DNA from: Chrysomallon squamiferum
Lineage: Eukaryota; Animalia; Mollusca
NCBI GenBank assembly: GCA_012295275.1
Contig: CM022672.1
Span: 3,038,001 to 3,102,000 of the forward strand
DNA: 64,000 bases
Reading direction: 5' to 3'
Shown here: piece by piece, positions 29,530 through 64,000 of the stretch
How the letters are laid out: each line of letters opens with the position of its first letter
Position numbering within the stretch: the stretch's first letter is position 1
The notes under the pieces: generated by a model
Told to the model about the DNA's origin: nothing
Seen by the model: the letters and a program-made list of their open reading frames with translations, nothing else
Database searches by the model: none
Position numbers and translations under genes: made by a program

Positions 29530-29721
29530 ACATGTAGATATATGTATGTTAGAAAGAGAATTTAGTTTGTATGTCAGAGAAAAAGGATGTGATGAATAAA
29601 ACAAATAAAAAGTTTGTAATCTGATTTCAGTAAACTATTGTTGAAGACAAAAAGAGAAGTAGAAATGGCCAACAAAAAGAAGCAGTCTCAACATGCAGAA
29701 AACTGGAAATCAAAGAAATAA
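21191..29721 (+). CDS. Multi-exon gene for a large disordered protein with a BRME1/C19orf57-like C-terminal helix
   Basis: Phase-compatible exons 21191-21239, 22691-22778, 23122-23205, 23723-26793, 27600-27672, 28356-28445, 29631-29721, all AG/GT bounded. Spliced C-terminus DLSDSQLCQID...EEGEKVVQNLINDMQYLNKLLLKTKREVE. Exon structure is well supported; identity is inferred from a remembered alignment. Confidence 0.75.
22691..22778 (+). CDS. BRME1-like gene, coding exon 2
   Basis: NSKTLRKTKKGVNSDTEEIPEKKPKLKKT; CAG acceptor, GTGAGT donor; phase 1 to 2. Confidence 0.72.
23122..23205 (+). CDS. BRME1-like gene, coding exon 3
   Basis: EDKLIRQEKIIPSFGNKEKKLATSVSKR; TTTCAG acceptor, GTTAAT donor; phase 2 to 2. 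Confidence 0.7.
23723..26793 (+). CDS. BRME1-like gene, 3-kb low-complexity exon with two frame breaks (about 24465 and within 25545-25618)
   Basis: Three consecutive E/N/Q/S/T-rich ORFs (23868-24479, 24509-25621, 25605-26813) in frames 0, 2, 0; GACAG acceptor, GTAAGC donor. Confidence 0.75.
27600..27672 (+). CDS. BRME1-like gene, coding exon 5
   Basis: VPNVMFDTDLSDSQLCQIDLEESQ; TTTCAG acceptor, GTGTGT donor. Confidence 0.72.
28356..28445 (+). CDS. BRME1-like gene, coding exon 6
   Basis: SLLKSITLQRKKAEEGEKVVQNLINDMQYL; TTTCAG acceptor, GTTAGT donor. Confidence 0.78.
29631..29721 (+). CDS. BRME1-like gene, last coding exon
   Basis: NKLLLKTKREVEMANKKKQSQHAENWKSKK then stop; TTTCAG acceptor. 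Confidence 0.78.
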
Positions 29722-31054
29722 AACAGTGGACTCTTCAACCACAAGTTTTAAGTTACTCTGTTTTTGTTAAGAGTATGTTAATGAAAAACAGTTCTTTTTT
29801 AAAACAAAATTTAAGGTATTTATTATTACTTGGATGTTTATTTTGGAATATAAGTGCGGTATGAAAGTAAATGAATATTCATACTAAATAATATAGAGGT
29901 TTTAGGAATTTGTAGCAGCTACAGAGGTTTCAACAGATTATTATTTTTGTCTGTTTGTTGTTGTTTTTGGGGGGAGAAGGTTTTGGGGTGCTGGGAGGGG
30001 GCTAGTTTATTTGTCCTGCAGTCTTGGTTGCTAACTAGTTAAGCCATTTATCTTAAAAGTGGTTTAAAATGGTAGCAATGGGACTGCATTCCTTTACGAT
30101 CTCCAACCAGGGTTGAATGGAAAACTGTAATGTGGCCTCAGTTCATTCACGACAAAAACCTAAAATATGTGATAAAACTTAGTTTATATTTTTTAGTAAA
30201 TAATTTTGAAACAGATGATTGGAAATCCCCATCTATGAAGAATAAGAATCAGATCATGTTTTTATTTTCATTCTTCTGTTCTGATCTTTTAAATACAAAC
30301 ACCAGAGAAACATATACTGAGCATGTGTGGTTCTCTACTGTGATCTAGTACTTTCAGAATCAAGAAAGGTAACTGCCACATGTTAAGTTGAAAATGGATC
30401 TGAGTAGCAGTTAGGAAAATCTTGTTAACTACAATGAAAAATAAATGGGGGGAAAAGAAAAATAAAGATTTAATTTTTTATTTTTGAAATCACAACACAT
30501 TAATTGTGTTTGCCAGATTAAATAAGTTTTGATGGTATAAATTCTTTTCAGAACTGTCACTGAATTTTGTTCAGCTCATTATGTTTTCTTGTGCTTATGT
30601 TATTATTACATTACTGTTTATTAAAGTTGCATTCTGTTGAAAATGTTTAGCTTTCATGTGTGGAAAAAAAATTGTATTAATTTTTCTGATACAGAAAGTG
30701 TTAAGAGAAAAATTATTACTTTTTTTTGTTGTTTTTTAAGTTTTTGTTTTCTCGTTATACTTTTAAAACAAAACAAAAATAGGATTTTAACTTTAAAACT
30801 CAAGATTTGTTGTTTATATTAATTAGTTGGGTTTTTTGTTTTTTTAGCTAGGTACTGGATATGAATTGCTTTATGACATAACATGTTTGTGTAATATGAT
30901 TTTTTTTTGTTTGTATTTTTTAATTTATTAATTATTTCTTACTTATTTACTCCTAATACTGAAGATGTTAATTTCATTTATAACAAAAACTTCAGTTTTG
31001 TCACTACACTAACAAAGAAAATAACAAAAACAACATTCTACTTTGTACATGAAT

Positions 31055-31060
31055 TTTATT
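31055..31060 (-). terminator. Candidate Notch poly(A) signal (would give a 3' UTR of about 5.2 kb)
   Basis: AATAAA on the minus strand followed by a GU/U-rich tract (GAATGTTGTTTTTGTT); other AATAAA hexamers also occur in this AT-rich region. Confidence 0.3.
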
Positions 31061-34000
31061 GTCATAAATATATGAAACAGGAGTTCTGTGAAGCATTGAA
31101 AAAAATGCACTACATTGTTGAACTATGAACAGTGTCCACAAATGATATATACACATGCAAATGCATAAATGTTGACCTTTTATTTTGAACCCATTAGCAA
31201 GATGTGTGTAAGTAACATAACATGCATCAAACCTTGCTGTTGATTTGTCCTACAGAGTACAGTTCAGCTCATTAAATATATTGGTGGTATCTTTTTGATA
31301 AAAATAATAAAAACAAGGCATATAAATGAATAAAAAGCAAAACAGTTCATAAACTATACATTTCTTGACATATCAAGTTAAAACAATTGTAACAATTAAT
31401 ATATTGGGTTGATTTGGGTGGGTTTTGTTTTTTTTCATACCTTTGCAAGTGTAAAAGTTTCTAGTATCTTTTGTAATAAAAATATATATACATGCTTTTT
31501 TTCCTCCTAACTCCAGGCTTCAGAATTAAAGTTTTCTTCCCAGAATTTATATCAGCTGCCAAACACCTGTTATATGAGACTTTATATAAGCTTTAAAAAA
31601 CTCCCTTCAGTTTTCAAATTATATTCTTAACATAGACAAAAATTTAAGAAGCAATGGTTTTTTTTAATGTCTTTGACCCTATGTATTTCTATTTACATGA
31701 GCATCTCTTAATAATGAATCCCAGAATTAGTTAAAAGAAAAAAAAATTAAATTGTATTGTCATCTTCTATTGAATGTTGTTTATAAACTGCCTCTACTTC
31801 AGTTCTACCTCTTTACTTTCCTATCACAAATAAATTAAAGATAAATATTACCCAAATATTTTTTCTCTAGAGTTAAATCTGAACACTGTATAGTAATATT
31901 TTAATTTGTGACCTTCATCAACATCTTCCAAAAACAAATATATTTTCTAAACATTGTTAAAAATATATATTAAAAATTATAAATAATTCATTGATTTTGG
32001 CTCATATGTTACTTTTCTGCTAAATAATTAATAGAAAAAAGTACAGAATAATAAAATTAAGTATTAATTTTGATCACAGGCTTTTGATCCCATCAGCTTA
32101 GTTATGTTTAAAAAAATATTGCTGATACCAAAATTTATATAAAAATTCTAACATTAAAATAAAACATATGGGAACTGAATTATGTAAAATAATAATAATA
32201 TACAATAGCAATGTAACATAAATTACTATAAAATAATATATAAAAGAACACCTATAAAATACAACTGTTAAAGACATTATTTCATTTAAAGAAAATTCAG
32301 TTTCTTTATATCAAATTATTTCAATTATCAACAGTCTAAATGTAGCTATAAATAATTACCATGTTAATAATTAATAATAAAAAGGTAAATAAATAAATCT
32401 TATGTTCCCAGTTCATTTCTGTAAGATGCTTTATAATCTTTGAGTATTTAACTACTTTGTATCAGGTTGACACTTTTAAAAAAACATTTTTTAGAGTTTT
32501 GATTATACATTCTCCAAAGAGTGGTACAAAAAAAATAAATAATAATAGTAACAAATATATTCAATTTAGAATATTTTCAAATACAAAGTAACTATACACT
32601 GAATTCTTCACATACATTCATTTATTTTATTTTATTTTATTATGATTATATTTTAAATTTTTGGGTTGGAATTCATTTTCCTGTAATAAAGTTCAAAATA
32701 TACTTAATTTATCTAGAAAAAATAAGTTTCTGTTTTTTGTAATTTTTTGTCTCCTAGGAATGAATGGGAGTCATTAATATTGTACCTTCCTAGTTTCTTC
32801 AGAGGAATGCATAAAACATTAAACAAACATAGCATTTACCAATAACAGGCATTGTTTTTCTCCTCTTAAAAGAACAACGTAGTACAAGCATGCTTAAACA
32901 TAACTTGTTCAAAAATAATACATTTATTTATTTTTAAAATAACTATAAACAATAATACAGAGTGGCTAAAACTCACATGCACACACTTTCTATGTATCAA
33001 ATACCAAGTGTACATTTTCAGCAACAAATTAATATTAAGACAAGTTTATAATTATTTATAAAGGTGTACTTGACACATGGTTGTTGTTTGTTGGTTTTTT
33101 AAATAGATTACATGTATCATTTTATTAACATATAATATTTTGAAATTCACCTCAAAAGCTTTTCAGGTAAAAACATAGTTATATTTTTTGGATGAAATTA
33201 TGTATTAATCATTTTTCCACAATTAAATATAAATTATAAGTGTTTATCTTGAGCAGAAGATGTACATTTGATATTTGATGTGACATGAGAAAAATAAAGT
33301 AGAGACTAGACCAAAAGAACAAAATATACATATCTGTCCGATATAAATTTGACAGAGATCATTACTACATATAAACATGAACTGCCAGGAAGAGCAATAA
33401 CAATCATTCTTAAAAGCTCAACATGTAATAAGAGTTAGTATTGGAATTATAGCTTGCTAATTAAAACAGTTGACAAACAACAGTATTATTCATTTTAAAT
33501 TTCTAATATACTTTCTGAACAATTTTTCCATGAAAGTGTAATACAAAGAGTTATATGAAACAAAATTAATTTTAAGTCTGGACATACATCAGAACAACAA
33601 TGTAATGACTTTCATGTCGTTGTTTGCTTTGTTCTGGTATTGTCTTTTGTTTTTGTTTTAAAAATGTTTAATTTTTCCACTTTTAATAATTGTTTGTTTT
33701 GTACCTTGTCATAAAAACAATCAGTTACTGGAAAATAATGGTCAAAACAAAAACAAAATTACATTATTTTCATTATTTTCAGTGGTCATAAATGCTTTAT
33801 TAAAATCAACTGGAAATGAGGCATCAAGATTTGACAACATGTTTTCTAATATCATATACATTTGCCATAATGAATTACTATCAACATAATGCCCTATATA
33901 AAAATATAAATTATTTCATGTAGATGCCTTTAAAAAAAAAAAAAAAATTAAAATAGAGATGAAAAGAAAATAATTTTTTTAATTATAATTTTTACCTTAG

Positions 34001-36273
34001 CGATAAAGAATATAAACAAAATCACTAATACTACATGAATAAACACTGCAATCTGAAATCATCTTATTAAATTTAAGTTTTACCATTCTGAAATGTGTCA
34101 TCTAACGTTTCTGCCCCATTTCCTCAACACAAAGCCAGCAATATTTGGAAGAGATATTTTAAGGATTTTAAAAACTTTTTTTTTTTCCACTGTACTTTTG
34201 ATTTATTTTGTTCATAATAGCACTATGTATGTACAGAATGATCGAACTGATTCCAGTAACTGTCTACCAATGCTCTCAACCATCATCTCTCTGTCTTCTC
34301 TCTCTCTCTCTCTCTCAGTACAACAAACATGGAATGAAAAGAATTTAAAACAAATATCTTGTGCTGCCGGAATGACACAGAGGAATTGTGATGTGACAAG
34401 TGATTGCTTCCTTTGTATGCACCAGGTTTATTTTTGTATTTCAACATATGATGAGATCATAAAGTATTTGCAATGCCATCTGATCATACATCGCCAGGAA
34501 TGATATTTTAATAAGTTGCACCAGTTCTGCCTAAGTAACAGTATAATAGGGATGTAATTAATGAACTAAATTTCCTTCCTTCTTTTTTTTTTTTTTTTTT
34601 TGTGTAAAATAGTTTTAAAATTCATTATATGGTTTTTTTACTTTTGAATTTTCCAGTCATTTTTCTCCTTGCAACTAATACATTTTTATTAACATTTATA
34701 TTAGGATAAAGTTAAACGACTAAAATATAATAATGAAAAATATTTATGAAAAATCCATACATATGATTTTTAATGATTTGTAAGTAGATGATGAATGATG
34801 AATGAGCATTTATTTGCTTTAAACAAAGCATTTTGAAAAATAACAACCAAAATGAAAGTTTGTTCAATCAAAAAAAACTGAAGCATTTTCTTATCATTAC
34901 AGAGTTTACTTATTACAGGGAGGCAATCACTTGTCACTGAAGAATGAATCTCATGATAATCTTTGTTAAGTAGTTTCACCAAAAAGTAATAAAACAAGAA
35001 AACAAACAATTTTCAAATAAGAAAAGAAAAATGCAGATTTTGTACACAATGCTAACTGGTATGAAAATGACAAAATAACATCTGGCTTCATAACATTTAA
35101 AATTGGGTGTATAAAAATACAAATGTGATGATTTTTGTGGGGCAATCTCCTGTTATTGTAAATATGTACATGTAAAAATATTAAATTTTCTTTTTTAAAG
35201 GAAGGGGGTTAAAAACAAAAAGAAAAGAAAGGTGTTTCAGTCCTGTGGTCCCAGTCCTGTCAACAAACTGAAAATTATTTCAATAAAAATTTGTCTCCAG
35301 AAATAAAGAAAAAATTGTATTTGTTCATAAGCACTGTAAAGTGCTTTAAAGATTTAAATGTTTTAAAATGAAATATGGAGACTGAGATCAAAAGACTGAA
35401 TTAACAATAAAACATTACTATTACTTTATGGCAGTATTCCAGCTAGGCCTAGGAAACAATCTCTAAAATGCACTAAACTTGTTGAGCTCTCTGCCCATAA
35501 TGTAAACATGTCAACATTGAGGCACTGTGTTCAAATTTAATAATAAAAACTGTGAACACTAAACAGACAGTTCATATTAATATCACTCGATGGAAATGGA
35601 CCCTCAAACAAACCAACAATTTTTTTTTTTTTTTAAAGTTGAAATGAATATATATATATATATATAATTTAGTGTCAAAAGTAAATGACTTCAAATGCAA
35701 ATTATCATGTCTAGTTGTGAAATAAAAAAACATTTATACAAAACTGTCTTAAAACAAGTCTTGTGAAGTCATTTCTTACTTCATTTTCTCTCCCATCTGC
35801 TCTCCAACAATGAACACTGTTTATATTTTCGGTAGTTTACATCTTCCAATAGAGAAATGCACAGTTTATAGTTTAAAAATCTTCTGTCAAGCTCAATCAT
35901 TTAAAAATCTCACATATAATTACACAACATCTGTAAAAAAAAAATGTAGCCATTTTAAAAGACATATTCTGTACATAACTGAAAATATGCTACTGTTTTC
36001 AGTTGTTTCCCTGTGAATTCAGAATGTACCAGGACTTTTATCATCTTAATACACACATTAACATCCAATTCCTCCTTCAGGAAACCAGTTTCATATGCTG
36101 CTTGTTTTTGTTTTTCATTTTAATTTAATATATTTCAAAGTTTTAAGGAAGCAAACTGGATGTGAAAAAATATAAACAATAATAATAATAAATGGTGCTC
36201 TCCTTTCAAATTGTTTCATACAATGATTCCAGGGAACACAATAATGAAATGAATTAACAGTGAACAATGGAAT

Positions 36274-62525
<26,252 letters not shown>

Positions 62526-63261
62526 CTGGAAAAATACAGCAAATGTTATCTCTATTAAAAATATAAACAAACAAGTTCGTACATTAAATCTTTATTTTTT
62601 TCATGAAAACCTATATAAATACACAAATAAAAATAAAAACCAAGAACAGAGAATTAATTAACAATACAAAAATCTCAGTGGGGAGTAAAAGAAGGAAAAT
62701 TCTATTTTATGAAAGTTGTTTGAGTTACAAATTATCTGAGCAAAAGCAATGATTTTGAAAAGGCAGTTAAGAAATGGATAGATACCAAATTGTTTAATTA
62801 AAAGAAGGATATACAGATGGATGGAATAATGATGGACAGAGGGGTGGATAACTGCAGAAACATGTACAAAATGAAGCTAGGATTGATAGCCTTACAAACA
62901 AAGTGGAGGTTTGGATCATGACTGATGAGTGGGATTTAAAGTGGACTTATGGAATGTTTCAATGATTGATGGATAATCCATATTAGCATTTCTTTTTTAA
63001 ACTAAGAATGGATGTCAAAAAACAAAAATCAAAACAGTAGTAACTGCAATTCATCTATTATTTTTCTTTTTCAATCTCTCTTTTAAATCCAGTCTTTATA
63101 TGACTACAAGTGACACAAAGACAGCAGATTACCAAACTAAGTGAAAGAGTTAAACAACGTCAAGTGACATTGGCCGAAACTTCAAATTTGAGTTGTGCCT
63201 TCTCGAATAAAGATGAAATGTTTGATACGAGATTTCCATCTTTGCACTTGAGCTGACTTCA

Positions 63262-63516
<255 letters not shown>

Positions 63517-64000
63517 CCTCAGTGAACAATGAAAACCAGTGAGTATTAGCTATCTGAACAGTAAACAAAGAAGCATACAGAACATTAAATTCCTGATTCC
63601 CAGGGGAAAGCCTACGTGCCTCGCCCGCTGTTTACACCAAACAGAGACTTCCGGAACACTCTGTACGCAGCAGTTCTGCTAAACCATGATTATCATTACT
63701 TAGAAACACAACTGTGTAAAAATTTCACACAGTTCAGTTAGGATTTATGTCCTAGCTGGGCTATTTTCCATTCTAGACAGTGTCCACATTATATCAAAAG
63801 GTAGTGTCAATGTTTATGACCCACTGGACTATTTCCAGTTCCAACCACTGATGATCATCAATATATAACTAATTAGAAATGCTTGATATATATGTAATAA
63901 TTTTTGTTTGTTGTCTTTTATTGTTTTCCCAATACATCCAGTTGTATATATGCCTATTTGTTTTTCAGTCCAAAATATTATTTCTTTCTTTTAATCTTGA

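Overview
AT-rich, microsatellite-dense animal genomic DNA (probably a mollusc; this is inferred from composition only). The right 28 kb is a minus-strand Notch receptor gene: 30 coding exons traced by hand (62525 to 36274; 6704 nt in one consistent frame) covering EGF7-36, 3 LNR, HD, TM, RAM, ankyrin repeats, polyQ and PEST. Its 5' exons lie beyond the window. One Notch intron holds two near-identical H/ACA snoRNAs whose pockets match two conserved 28S rRNA pseudouridine sites (SNORA48/ACA48-like). Another intron holds a Su(H)/CSL paired site inside a long hairpin. Convergent with Notch is a 7-coding-exon plus-strand gene (21191-29721) whose spliced C-terminus resembles the MEILB2-binding helix of the meiotic protein BRME1 (C19orf57). 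Its 3-kb exon has two mutually compensating frame breaks, which are either sequence errors or are removed by a newly created 1179-nt intron. The left 20 kb is CpG-retaining, mostly non-coding DNA with one probable minus-strand first coding exon (1320-1534), an internally deleted Tc1 (DD34E) transposon, a 17-bp minisatellite and clustered CRE/E-box/MEF2 motifs. Most short ORFs in the track are microsatellite artefacts. All comparisons to known genes are from memory and need checking by search.
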